Assembly: GCA_045536015.1 (NCBI GenBank)
Contig: JAZSMS010000007.1
Location: forward strand, 1-53,637
Source of the DNA: Clostridia bacterium
GTDB lineage: Bacteria > Bacillota > Clostridia > Christensenellales > QALW01
Length of the DNA: 53,637 nucleotides
Direction: 5' to 3'
Shown: positions 9,624-18,730 of the stretch, piece after piece
Position numbering within the stretch: the stretch's first letter is position 1
Layout: every line of letters begins with the position of its first letter
Translations under genes and position numbers: made by a program
Notes under the pieces: model-generated
Database searches by the model: none
Told to the model about the DNA's origin: nothing
The model's input: the letters and a program-made list of their open reading frames with translations, nothing else

Positions 9624-10846
9624 AAATCTACGAAGAATTAGTTGCCCGCGGTCTTATCGCACAGGTAACTGATGAAAATGAGATTAAAGAGCTTGTAAAC
9701 AACGGTAAAGCAAAGTTTTATATTGGCTTTGACCCCACTGCCGATTCGCTTCACGTTGGACATTTTATGGCACTTTGCCTTATGAAGCGCTTGCAAATGG
9801 CAGGCAACCAGCCTATCGTTTTACTTGGTGGCGGTACCGGCCACGTTGGTGATCCTTCGGGCAGAACCGATATGCGCGCAATGCTTTCTAAAGAAACTAT
9901 CGACGCTAACTGTGCGGCTTTTAAAAAGCAAATGGAGCGCTTTATCAACTTTGAAGGCGAAAATGCCGCAATAGTAGTAAATAACGCCGATTGGCTTTTA
10001 AGCCTTAATTACGTTGAGCTTTTGCGCGAGGTTGGCGCTTGCTTTTCGGTTAACAATATGCTCCGTGCCGAATGTTATAAGCAACGTATGGAAAAGGGTC
10101 TTTCTTTCCTTGAATTTAACTATATGATAATGCAATCGTACGACTTTTATCATTTGTTTAAAGAATATGGCTGCAATATGCAGTTTGGCGGTGACGATCA
10201 ATGGTCAAATATGCTTGGTGGAACAGAGCTTATCCGCAAAAAGCTTGGCAAGGATGCCTACGCAATGACCATTACCCTTTTGCTTAACTCCGAAGGTAAA
10301 AAAATGGGCAAAACCGCTAACGGTGCAGTTTGGCTTGATGAAAATAACACTACTCCATTTGAATTTTATCAGTATTGGCGCAACGTTAGTGATAGCGACG
10401 TGCTTAAGTGCATAAGAATGCTTACCTTCCTTCCCCTTGAACAAATTAACGAAATGGATTCTTGGGAAGGCGCCGAGCTTAATAAGGCAAAGGAAATTCT
10501 TGCATACGAGCTTACTTCGTTAGTTCACGGAACCGATGCTGCCGAGAAGGCAAAAGAAGCCGCTTTAGCGCTTTTTGCAGGCGGAAACGACTCTTCTAAT
10601 ATGCCCACTACCGAAATCGCTCCTGATAAGCTTACTGACGGTAAAATTGGCATTTTAGACGTTATGGTGCTTTGCGGCATAACCGCTTCAAAGGGCGAGG
10701 CTCGCCGTGTTATTCAGCAAGGCGCAGTTTCGGTTAATGAAGAAAAAGTTACTGCCGTTGAGCTTATGCTTGACGAAGCCGCACTTAAAGAAGGAATAAA
10801 AATCAAAAAGGGCAAAAAGACCTTCCACAAGGCAATTTTAGGCTAA
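9620..10846 (+). CDS. tyrS: Tyrosyl-tRNA synthetase
   Basis: HIGH motif (HVGH), KMSKS motif (KMGKT) and a C-terminal S4-like domain. The ATGA junction overlaps the upstream gene by 4 nt. Confidence 0.95.
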   Translation: MKIYEELVARGLIAQVTDENEIKELVNNGKAKFYIGFDPTADSLHVGHFMALCLMKRLQMAGNQPIVLLGGGTGHVGDPSGRTDMRAMLSKETIDANCAAFKKQMERFINFEGENAAIVVNNADWLLSLNYVELLREVGACFSVNNMLRAECYKQRMEKGLSFLEFNYMIMQSYDFYHLFKEYGCNMQFGGDDQWSNMLGGTELIRKKLGKDAYAMTITLLLNSEGKKMGKTANGAVWLDENNTTPFEFYQYWRNVSDSDVLKCIRMLTFLPLEQINEMDSWEGAELNKAKEILAYELTSLVHGTDAAEKAKEAALALFAGGNDSSNMPTTEIAPDKLTDGKIGILDVMVLCGITASKGEARRVIQQGAVSVNEEKVTAVELMLDEAALKEGIKIKKGKKTFHKAILG

Positions 10847-10852
10847 AAAATC

Positions 10853-10880
10853 AGGCTTTCTGTTTTCAGAAAGCCTTTCT
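10853..10880 (+). terminator. Hairpin after tyrS
   Basis: aggctttctg (10853-10862), loop tttt, then cagaaagcct (10867-10876), followed by a short T-rich run. Confidence 0.55.
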
Positions 10881-10909
10881 TGACTATAACCTCTGTTTTA
10901 ATGTATAAT
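10880..10909 (+). promoter_or_regulatory. Sigma-A-type promoter
   Basis: TTGACT (10880-10885), an 18-nt spacer, then TATAAT (10904-10909). Confidence 0.5.
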
Positions 10910-10927
10910 AAATAAAGTGAGGTATTT

Positions 10928-11554
10928 ATGAGAAACATTAAGTATATTATTTTAAGTATTTTGGGCTTTTTGCCTGCGGTTGCATCATTTTTTTCGATGT
11001 TTTTTTACAACAATATTTATGCCGTTATCGGAGAAAAAGCCACAATTTTATGTTGGGCTTTCCCCGCTATTTCAATAATTTTTCTCGGTATTCTTATTTT
11101 CGTATTATTTTATAAAAAAGACAATAAGTTTGCTATACCGATTTTTTCAGTTTTAATTTCGATTATTCTTGCTTTTGTTCTTATCTCCGACGCCTCAACC
11201 AACAAAATTCAATCGGACTTTTTAAACAACGAGCTTGCATTTAATAGTGCAATAAAGCAATTAAAACAAGAGCATTACGTTATTTCGGGCGACGACTACA
11301 AGATTAACGCCGGCACGTACGAAATACAAAACGAAGCACTTTTTTCGGCAGTTCCTACCAAGCAAGTAATGCTTACTAAAATAGGAGAAAAGCACAGTGC
11401 ATTTTTATTTATCACTATTGATAATGCAAAACGCACAGAAGGATATGCTTACGTACCCGATGGAACTCCACTTGATTGGGATCCCGCCTTTATTGAATGG
11501 AGCGACGCTTTAGACATTGACGGTAACTGGTATTACATTTGTATTTACAAATAG
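10928..11554 (+). CDS. Hypothetical membrane protein with 3 N-terminal TM segments and an extracytoplasmic domain
   Basis: 208 aa. SD GTGAGG lies upstream. Hydrophobic N-terminal third; no diagnostic motif. Confidence 0.6.
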   Translation: MRNIKYIILSILGFLPAVASFFSMFFYNNIYAVIGEKATILCWAFPAISIIFLGILIFVLFYKKDNKFAIPIFSVLISIILAFVLISDASTNKIQSDFLNNELAFNSAIKQLKQEHYVISGDDYKINAGTYEIQNEALFSAVPTKQVMLTKIGEKHSAFLFITIDNAKRTEGYAYVPDGTPLDWDPAFIEWSDALDIDGNWYYICIYK

Positions 11555-11566
11555 AGGAGAAAAATT

Positions 11567-12184
11567 ATGATTAAAATTGAAAGAACCTCGGTAATGAATT
11601 TTGAAAATGCTATTCGTGGCGCACGAAATCCGCTTAACAGTTGGGCAAAAAGCGATAGTTATACTGATGAAACCGGCAACTTTGTTTTTGGCGAGGCTGA
11701 CTTAGACCTTGCAAAGCGACTTTGTCACGCAGGATCAGATCACCGCAAATTTATGCGAATGATCTTTGTTTCGGTAGATATTACCGCGCCGCTTTATTGG
11801 TGGAAAGAATTTGATACCTATAAGGTTGCAACTGTAGCAAACAGTACCTCTACAATGCATAAAATTCACTCTAAAGAGTTTACGCGCGAAGATTTTTCTT
11901 TTGATAAATTAAGTGAAAAATCACTTGCCTTTATGGACGAGCTTATTGCTTATATGGAAAAAATACGTCTTGATTACCTTAAAAACAAAAATAAGGACGA
12001 TTGGTATAATCTTATCCAGCTTTTGCCATCAAGCTATAATCAGATGCGTACCGTAACTTTGAATTATGAAACGCTTATTAATATTTTTTATGCAAGAAAA
12101 GACCACAAGCTTGACGAGTGGCACGCGCTTTGTGATTGGATAAAATCACTTCCCTACGCAAACGAGCTTATCTGCAGCAAATAA
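11567..12184 (+). CDS. ThyX-fold-like protein with a degenerate ThyX motif
   Basis: By-eye alignment to ThyX. AIRGARNPLNSW aligns with AVRAARVSF. HAGSDHRKFMRMIFVSVDITAPLYWWKEFDTYKVATVANSTSTMH aligns with [41 protein letters not shown]. The RHR...S.RY catalytic motif is replaced here by DTY...STMH. Confidence 0.4.
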   Translation: MIKIERTSVMNFENAIRGARNPLNSWAKSDSYTDETGNFVFGEADLDLAKRLCHAGSDHRKFMRMIFVSVDITAPLYWWKEFDTYKVATVANSTSTMHKIHSKEFTREDFSFDKLSEKSLAFMDELIAYMEKIRLDYLKNKNKDDWYNLIQLLPSSYNQMRTVTLNYETLINIFYARKDHKLDEWHALCDWIKSLPYANELICSK

Positions 12185-12186
12185 GC

Positions 12187-12220
12187 AAAAACCGTTGACT
12201 TTAGTCAACGGTTTTATTTT
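12187..12220. terminator. Bidirectional terminator between convergent genes
   Basis: aaaaaccgttgac (12187-12199), loop ttta, then gtcaacggtttt (12204-12215), with A/T runs on both sides. Confidence 0.75.
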
Positions 12221-13853
12221 ATCCGATTTTTTCAATAAGCTCTGCAACTCGCGTTGCCATTTGGTCGCAAGTTTTTTGGTTAGAACATTCTACCATAACG
12301 CGAACAACGGGCTCTGTACCGCTTTCTCGCAATAGAATTCTTCCCTCGCTGCCAAGTTCTTCTTCAACCTGTTTAACCAGCGCAAGCACCTTTTCGTTAG
12401 AAGTTATGAATGCTTTATTTTTAACAGGAATATTTTTAATTGTCTGTGGGAACATTTTTACCGGCTCGGCAAGTTCGGAAAGCGCAAGCTTGCGGTCGAT
12501 TATTTCTTCTGCAAGCATTATAGCTGTTAAAATTCCATCTCCCGTAGTAGAATATTTACTTATAATAATATGACCCGATTGTTCGCCGCCAAGATGGTAA
12601 TTATTTTCTATCATACAGTCGTGAACGTATCTGTCGCCCACCGTTGTCTGAACGTAGCCGATATTTGCCTGCTCGAGCGCCTGATATAAGCCCATATTAG
12701 ACATAATAGTGGTAACTATCTTATTGCCCGGCAGCAAGCCCTTATCTCGCAAACGCTTGCCGATAATATACATAATATGGTCGCCGTTTACAACGTTACC
12801 TTTTTCGTCAACTGCAATACATCTGTCAGCGTCGCCGTCAAAGGCAAAGCCTGCATCACAATGATTATCGCGCACGAATTTTTGAAGCATACTTATATGT
12901 GTCGAGCCTGCCTGCTCGTTAATATTAAGTCCGTCGGGCTCGGCATTTAAAATATGTACGTTTGCACCAAGTGCACTAAAAACAGATTTTGCTATCATCC
13001 ACGAAGCACCGTTTGCGCAGTCAAGCGCAATTGATAACTCACGGTAAGAATTTGCCGCAAGCGAAATTAAATAGCCTACGTAACGGTTTCTTCCTGCAAA
13101 ATGGTCAATAACTCTGCCAATTTTTTCACGCTTTGCAAGCGGAAGATCTTCACCCTCAAAATCAAGATTATCAAACTTTCCGTCAATATAATCTTCTATC
13201 AGAGCAAGCGTTGCATCGTCCATCTTTTCGCCAAGATGATTTACAAGCTTAATTCCATTATCAAAAAATGGGTTGTGCGACGCCGAAATCATTATACCGC
13301 AATCAAAATTTTCCTGCCTTACAACGTAGGATACACTTGGCGTTGTAGTAACGTGAAGCATATATGCATCAGCACCCGAGGAAGTAACGCCCGCAACTAT
13401 TGCGTATTCAAGCATATAGCTTGATCGACGAGTATCCTTACCTATAACTATTTGAGCTCTGTGATTTGCAAGGTTTTTCTTTGTAGGATATTTTGAATAA
13501 TACCAACCTAAAAATCTGCCGATTTTGTATGCGTGCATCGCAGTTAAATCAGTATTTGCCTCACCACGGAAGCCATCGGTTCCAAAATATCTGCCACTAA
13601 AAACAACAGATTCTTTTGGCTTAAAAAGTGTTTCGGTATAATTAGGTGCAAGAGGAATTTCATCACGCACAAGCTCATCAACACTTAAATTAAACAAGCT
13701 TGCAAGCTGAAGCACTTTACTTATTTCTGGTAATGCCTTATCGGTTTCCCATTTTGAAATCGATTGGCGCGAAACCTCAAGCTTTTCTGCAAGTTCTTCT
13801 TGCGAAATCTGCACCGAGGTTCTGAGTATCGAAATTTTTTGTCCTAAAGTCAT
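12219..13853 (-). CDS. glmM: XRE-family HTH domain fused to phosphoglucosamine mutase (GlmM-like)
   Basis: Refined start at ATG 13853 (SD GGATGGTG 6 nt upstream). Residues 1-62 (MTLGQKISILRTSVQISQEELAEKLEVSRQSISKWETDKALPEISKVLQLASLFNLSVDELV) form a Cro/C1-type HTH. The canonical mutase N-terminus RYFGTDGFRGEAN starts at residue 88. Active site is ISASHNPFFDNGIK and the Mg site is FDGDADR. Confidence 0.85.
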   Translation of the reverse strand: MTLGQKISILRTSVQISQEELAEKLEVSRQSISKWETDKALPEISKVLQLASLFNLSVDELVRDEIPLAPNYTETLFKPKESVVFSGRYFGTDGFRGEANTDLTAMHAYKIGRFLGWYYSKYPTKKNLANHRAQIVIGKDTRRSSYMLEYAIVAGVTSSGADAYMLHVTTTPSVSYVVRQENFDCGIMISASHNPFFDNGIKLVNHLGEKMDDATLALIEDYIDGKFDNLDFEGEDLPLAKREKIGRVIDHFAGRNRYVGYLISLAANSYRELSIALDCANGASWMIAKSVFSALGANVHILNAEPDGLNINEQAGSTHISMLQKFVRDNHCDAGFAFDGDADRCIAVDEKGNVVNGDHIMYIIGKRLRDKGLLPGNKIVTTIMSNMGLYQALEQANIGYVQTTVGDRYVHDCMIENNYHLGGEQSGHIIISKYSTTGDGILTAIMLAEEIIDRKLALSELAEPVKMFPQTIKNIPVKNKAFITSNEKVLALVKQVEEELGSEGRILLRESGTEPVVRVMVECSNQKTCDQMATRVAELIEKIG

Positions 13854-13877
13854 CAATTTCACCATCCTAACATTAAT

Positions 13878-13906
13878 AGTATATGCAAGAAATTGGTAAA
13901 GGTCAA
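13878..13906 (-). promoter_or_regulatory. Promoter of the HTH-glmM gene
   Basis: On the minus strand: TTGACC (13906-13901), a 17-nt spacer, then TATACT (13883-13878). Confidence 0.5.
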
Positions 13907-13927
13907 GCAATTAGAGTATACCAATTT
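13890..13927. promoter_or_regulatory. Perfect 9-bp inverted repeat (AAATTGGTA-N20-TACCAATTT) bracketing the -35 hexamer; candidate operator
   Basis: aaattggta at 13890-13898 and taccaattt at 13919-13927. The -35 hexamer (13901-13906) lies between the two arms. Confidence 0.5.
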
Positions 13928-14018
13928 ATGTAACCCTACGGTTGCGCAACTTTTTATATTTTCCTAAATGCCCCATTTTTTACATTGTTTTTTCTGTTTG
14001 AATTTTATTGTAAAGGTA

Positions 14019-14048
14019 GCAAAAAAGCCAATCAAAAGATTGGCTTTT
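14019..14048 (-). terminator. Intrinsic terminator after the two-component operon
   Basis: aaagccaatc (14024-14033), loop aaaa, then gattggcttt (14038-14047). A minus-strand T-run corresponds to the plus-strand A6 at 14021-14026. Confidence 0.75.
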
Positions 14049-14052
14049 AAAA

Positions 14053-15492
14053 TTATCTTGCAGAAAGTGTAAAGACAAATGCTGTTCCTTCACCTTTTTT
14101 ACTTGTAACGGTAATTGTTTCGTTATGCTGCTCTATTATACTTTTTACAATAGATAAGCCTAATCCCGTACCGCTTTTGTGTCCCGTATGTGCTTTATCT
14201 TCGGTAAAGAAGCGATCCCAAATAAATTTGATTTCTTCCTCCGAAATACCAATACCTTCATCACGCACGGTAATCTTTACTTTATTTTCAAAGCGTTCGG
14301 TCTTTAAAATTATCCGCTTATCTTTTGGCGTAAACTTAATGGCGTTATCAAACAAGTTTTGCAAAACTTGTTCAATCTTATCAACGTCAGCATACACGAG
14401 TTGTTTATCATTAGCAAAGTCTATTTCGGGAATAATACCCTTTTCGTCAATTTTTTGTCCAAAGCGTATAACTACTCTTCTTACAACCTCGTTTATATCA
14501 AACTTAGTCATCGTTGGCTTATCGCGTCCCGATTCAATTCTGCTTAAATCAAGCATTGTCTTAACAAGCTTTGTAAGACGTTTTGTTTCGCTTAAAACTA
14601 TCTGAAGATACTTTTTATTTTCCTCCGGTGGAATCGTTCCGTCAAGCATCCCCTCTACAAAGCCGTTAATGCTCGTCATCGGTGAGCGAAGCTCGTGTGC
14701 GGCATTAGAAACAAAATCACGTTTAGAACGGTCGCTCTTTTCAATTTCTTCCGCCATCGAGTTAAAGTTGTACGCAAGCTGACCTATTTCATCCTCACCT
14801 TTTATAACAATACGCTCACTTAATTTTCCTCTTGCAAGTTTTTGAGTAGCATCGTTTATTATCTTAATTCTGTTTGCCATCGATTGCGTTATAATAACAA
14901 TTATGATAAGACCTAAGGCCGCAACTAAAACTGCAGGAATAATAAGCGAAATCATCGTTTGGCTATAAGTATCATAAACCGACGAAAGATCTGAGTTGAT
15001 AATTAAAATAGCCCATGCTTTGTTGGGTGCAGATAAAAAGTACATTGGATAGCCAACCGTAAGTATCTGGCTTTCTCGATCTTCATCATAATGCTTTTCG
15101 GCATAAACAGAGTTTTCAAAAAAAGTCTTTTCATATATTTCATCCGAAATATACTTATTTTTATCAAGCACAATCATTTCTTCGTTATCAATATTATAGA
15201 TAACACGCTTTGAATCAGGATGAACAACCTGAATTTCGGCATCAAAATTTTTTGCAACCGTGGTTAATACAGGTATATTTGTTCCTTCATCAATGTGCGT
15301 TGCCGAAATTTCGCCGCTTGCAAACATTTGAGAAATTTGCTTTGCGCAATCAATAATATCGTTTTCTCTTAAGCGTTCCAAACTTGATAAATATGAATTT
15401 GTAAGCACCAAAGATAATACGCCGCCAAATAAAACTATTATGGCGACGTAGGTTATCAAAAGCTTTTTTTGTATAGAATTAAATATCTTCAT
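14053..15492 (-). CDS. Sensor histidine kinase (2 TM segments, extracytoplasmic loop, HAMP, HisKA, HATPase_c)
   Basis: H-box NAAHELRSPMT, N-box NLFDNAIKFT and G-box GTGLGLSIVK. Confidence 0.9.
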   Translation of the reverse strand: MKIFNSIQKKLLITYVAIIVLFGGVLSLVLTNSYLSSLERLRENDIIDCAKQISQMFASGEISATHIDEGTNIPVLTTVAKNFDAEIQVVHPDSKRVIYNIDNEEMIVLDKNKYISDEIYEKTFFENSVYAEKHYDEDRESQILTVGYPMYFLSAPNKAWAILIINSDLSSVYDTYSQTMISLIIPAVLVAALGLIIIVIITQSMANRIKIINDATQKLARGKLSERIVIKGEDEIGQLAYNFNSMAEEIEKSDRSKRDFVSNAAHELRSPMTSINGFVEGMLDGTIPPEENKKYLQIVLSETKRLTKLVKTMLDLSRIESGRDKPTMTKFDINEVVRRVVIRFGQKIDEKGIIPEIDFANDKQLVYADVDKIEQVLQNLFDNAIKFTPKDKRIILKTERFENKVKITVRDEGIGISEEEIKFIWDRFFTEDKAHTGHKSGTGLGLSIVKSIIEQHNETITVTSKKGEGTAFVFTLSAR

Positions 15493-16171
15493 TTATCTCA
15501 AACTTATATCCGATTCCCCAAACGGTTTTAATGCTCCACTCGTCATTGCCCTCTACTTTTTCTCTGATGCGCTTTATATGAACATCAACCGTACGTGAAT
15601 CGCCAAAATATTCAAAGCCCCAAACTTGTTCAAGTAACTGCTCGCGAGTATAAACCTTTTGTGGACGCGATGCAAGGAAATAAAGAAGCTCAATTTCTTT
15701 AGGCGGCATTTCTACCTTTTTATTTTTATAGGTTACAGTGTAGTCTGCTATATTAATAATAAGGTCTTTATGCTCTACTATTTCGGGAGCATCCTCCTGT
15801 GCAACACTGCGGCGCATAACAGCCTTAACGCGCGCAATAAGCTCTTTAGGCTCAAAAGGCTTAACCATATAATCATCTGCACCAAGCTCAAGCAAAAGTA
15901 CCTTATCAAATACCTCTCCCTTTGCCGAAAGCATAATAATAGGCGTATTATCAATTCTTCTTATCTCATTGCAAACCTGTGTACCGTCTTTTCCCGGAAG
16001 CATAATATCCAAAATAACAAGACGTGGTTGAAAAGCCTTAAAGCGTTCGATAGCCTCATCGCCATCTTCAGCAACAGCAACCTCATACCCTTCTTTTTCA
16101 AGATAAAGTTTTAAAAGTTCAGAAATATGAACATCATCATCAACAACAAGAATCTTAGGTTTAGTAATCAT
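15479..16171 (-). CDS. OmpR/PhoB-family response regulator
   Basis: Receiver domain (VVDDD ... ILDIMLPGKDG ... SAKG) with a winged-helix C-terminus (RTVDVHIKRIREK, WGIGYKF). Overlaps the kinase gene by 14 nt. Confidence 0.9.
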   Translation of the reverse strand: MITKPKILVVDDDVHISELLKLYLEKEGYEVAVAEDGDEAIERFKAFQPRLVILDIMLPGKDGTQVCNEIRRIDNTPIIMLSAKGEVFDKVLLLELGADDYMVKPFEPKELIARVKAVMRRSVAQEDAPEIVEHKDLIINIADYTVTYKNKKVEMPPKEIELLYFLASRPQKVYTREQLLEQVWGFEYFGDSRTVDVHIKRIREKVEGNDEWSIKTVWGIGYKFEINEDI

Positions 16172-16243
16172 TTTTTATCTCCTCGACGTATTTTTGCATT
16201 TTTCTTAACTATATTGTATCATATTTTTCAAATTTTTCAATAA

Positions 16244-18577
16244 TTATTTTTTTAATTCTACAATTGTTACTCCTGCATCGCCCTCTCCGTAGGCTCCTGC
16301 ACGGTAAGATTCGACGCGTTTATTATTTTTTAAGTAATCGGTTATGGCTTTTTTAAGCGCACCCGTCCCCTTTCCGTGAATGATAGTAACACTGTTTAAA
16401 TTACTTGCAAGCACCAAGTCAAGATACATATCAACGTTTATAACAGCCTCGTCAGCAAGCTGACCTCTAACGTCAATGCTTGAAGAAACGCTTGTTTGCG
16501 ATCTTTTTATCTTAATTCCGCCTGCAACTTTATTTTCTTTCTTTTTGGAAGAATACGTAAGCTCGCTTGCATTAACTTCCATTTGAACAGAATCAAACGC
16601 AACTTTAACCTTGCCACGCGAATTTGGCAACGTTTGTAATATTCCGTCTTTATCAAGCATGGGCGAATAAACCGTCATACCTATGGTAAATTCTTTTATC
16701 GGCTCGCCAACCTTAATCGCTTTTTGTTCTTCTTGCTTTTTGTTAAGCTTTTTTCGCTCCTCGCGCGCCTTAAAAATAGCCGACGGATCCGCCGTGGCAG
16801 ACAGTTGCTTCATATTTTCTATAATCTTATTAGCTTCTTCAAGAGCTTTTTCGCGTATTTTTTCGGCTTCTTTATTTGCATCGGCAAGCAGTTTTTCTCT
16901 TTGCTTTTCAAAGCGAATTTGCTCGCTTTCCATTTTTTGCTTTTGAATATTTATCTCGTGCTTAATCTGCGCCGCTTCTGCACGTTTAGCCTCGGCAGTT
17001 GCCCTATATTCCTCTGCGTTTGTAAGTACCTTGTTAAGTCTTTTTGAATCTTCGTCAACGTAGCTTCGCGCGCGGTCAATTAAGTATTTATCAAGGCCCA
17101 ATCTAGACGAAATTAAAAACGCATTACTGTTTCCGGGAACACCTACTAAAAGCTTATACGTAGGTAATAAATCAACAGTATCAAACTCAACGCTTGCGTT
17201 CTCCGCCCCTGCGCGTTCAATCGAATATGCTTTAAGCTCGGCATAGTGCGAGGTAACAACGGTGCGTATTTTTCTTTTTCTAAGTTCTTCTAAAATAGAC
17301 ATCGCAAGCGCCGCGCCTTCGGTTGGGTCGGTACCTGCACCAAGCTCATCAAACAAAACAAGAGAATCGGGCGTAACCTCGCGCATTATCTGCGCAATTT
17401 TTTTCATATGCGAAGAAAACGTACTAAGACTTTGCTGAATACTTTGCTCGTCACCAATATCAGCAAAAATATTATCAAACACGGGCATTTGCGAGCCGAG
17501 GCACGCAGGAATAAACATACCCGACTGTGTCATAAGTGCAAATAAGCCTATCGTTTTTAACGTAACGGTTTTTCCTCCCGTATTGGGTCCCGTTATTAAA
17601 AGTTGGGTAAATTCTTTTCCAAGCCAAACAGTTATAGGAACTACAGCCTTTTTATCAATAAGCGGATGCCGTCCTTTTATAATTTTTACAAAGAGCTTAT
17701 CGTTTATCTCGGGCGAAACAGCGTCAAGCTCTTTTGCAAAGCGCGCACGCGCAAAAATTAAATCAAGCGCCGTAAGAATTTTTTGGTCTTCAACAAGCGC
17801 TTCGGCAAAAACGTGCAAACGATAAGAAAAATCACCGATAATTCGCTCTATCTCATCACGCTCATCAAGTTTAAGCTTACGTATATCGTTATTTATCTCA
17901 ACAACCGCCATAGGCTCAATAAACAGGGTTGCACCGCTTGAAGATTGATCGTGCACTATTCCGGGCACTTTGCTCTTATTTCCCGCCAAAACGGGTAAAA
18001 CGTACCTATCGTTGCGTATGGTAATTATATTTTCCTGCAAAAGTCCGTTATTTTCTAAATTTTTAAGTACCGCATTTAGTTTATCCTTAATGCTTTCGCT
18101 TAAATTTCTTATTTTTCGTCTGATGCTTGACAAAGTTACGCTAGCGCAGTCTGCAATCTCAGTATCACTTAAAATGCAGGTAAAAATTTCATTTTCTAAA
18201 TCTTCAATAGGAACCAAAGCGCGCGCAAGATCATAAATTCTGCCCAAAAAATCTTCGCGCGAATCAAGAATTCCTCTTGCATTCCTTACAGATTTCAAAA
18301 AAGATGCAACCTTTAAAAGTTCTCCAAACGAAAGCTGTGCACCTACCGTTACTCTCGGCAAAATTAAACTAACGTCGCTACACGAAATTATAGGTGAAGA
18401 ATTTTTCACCTCAAGTAATTCAAACGCTTCTTTAGTTTCGCTTTGCAACAAGCGCACCTCTGCATGTGAATACACAGGCATAATGCTTTCTGCACTCTTT
18501 TTGCCTGCAGAAGTTACCGCGTGCTTTGCAAGCATTAAACGAATTTTATCAAAATCAAGAGTTTTAATATTATCCAT
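16244..18577 (-). CDS. mutS2: Endonuclease MutS2 (MutS domain plus C-terminal Smr)
   Basis: Walker A GPNTGGKT, DELGAGTDP, a Lys/Glu-rich coiled-coil linker, and an Smr domain (IDVRGQLADEA...IIHGKGTGALK). Confidence 0.92.
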   Translation of the reverse strand: MDNIKTLDFDKIRLMLAKHAVTSAGKKSAESIMPVYSHAEVRLLQSETKEAFELLEVKNSSPIISCSDVSLILPRVTVGAQLSFGELLKVASFLKSVRNARGILDSREDFLGRIYDLARALVPIEDLENEIFTCILSDTEIADCASVTLSSIRRKIRNLSESIKDKLNAVLKNLENNGLLQENIITIRNDRYVLPVLAGNKSKVPGIVHDQSSSGATLFIEPMAVVEINNDIRKLKLDERDEIERIIGDFSYRLHVFAEALVEDQKILTALDLIFARARFAKELDAVSPEINDKLFVKIIKGRHPLIDKKAVVPITVWLGKEFTQLLITGPNTGGKTVTLKTIGLFALMTQSGMFIPACLGSQMPVFDNIFADIGDEQSIQQSLSTFSSHMKKIAQIMREVTPDSLVLFDELGAGTDPTEGAALAMSILEELRKRKIRTVVTSHYAELKAYSIERAGAENASVEFDTVDLLPTYKLLVGVPGNSNAFLISSRLGLDKYLIDRARSYVDEDSKRLNKVLTNAEEYRATAEAKRAEAAQIKHEINIQKQKMESEQIRFEKQREKLLADANKEAEKIREKALEEANKIIENMKQLSATADPSAIFKAREERKKLNKKQEEQKAIKVGEPIKEFTIGMTVYSPMLDKDGILQTLPNSRGKVKVAFDSVQMEVNASELTYSSKKKENKVAGGIKIKRSQTSVSSSIDVRGQLADEAVINVDMYLDLVLASNLNSVTIIHGKGTGALKKAITDYLKNNKRVESYRAGAYGEGDAGVTIVELKK

Positions 18578-18730
18578 ATCTTCTCCAAGAAAATCTTTAT
18601 ATAATTATTTTACCCTAAACTTAATATATTTGCAATCAAAATAAAATAATATATAAAAATATAGTGCAATTTTATTACTTATGTGATATAATAAACTTGA
18701 GTAAATTTACTCACTGTTTGGAGGCTATTA

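Noticed and set aside
13854-13910. Listed upstream start of the HTH-glmM ORF (MLDLYQFLAYTINVRMVKL)
   Set aside because: This extension would cover the predicted -10 element and the SD. ATG 13853 has a proper SD and begins exactly at the HTH domain.
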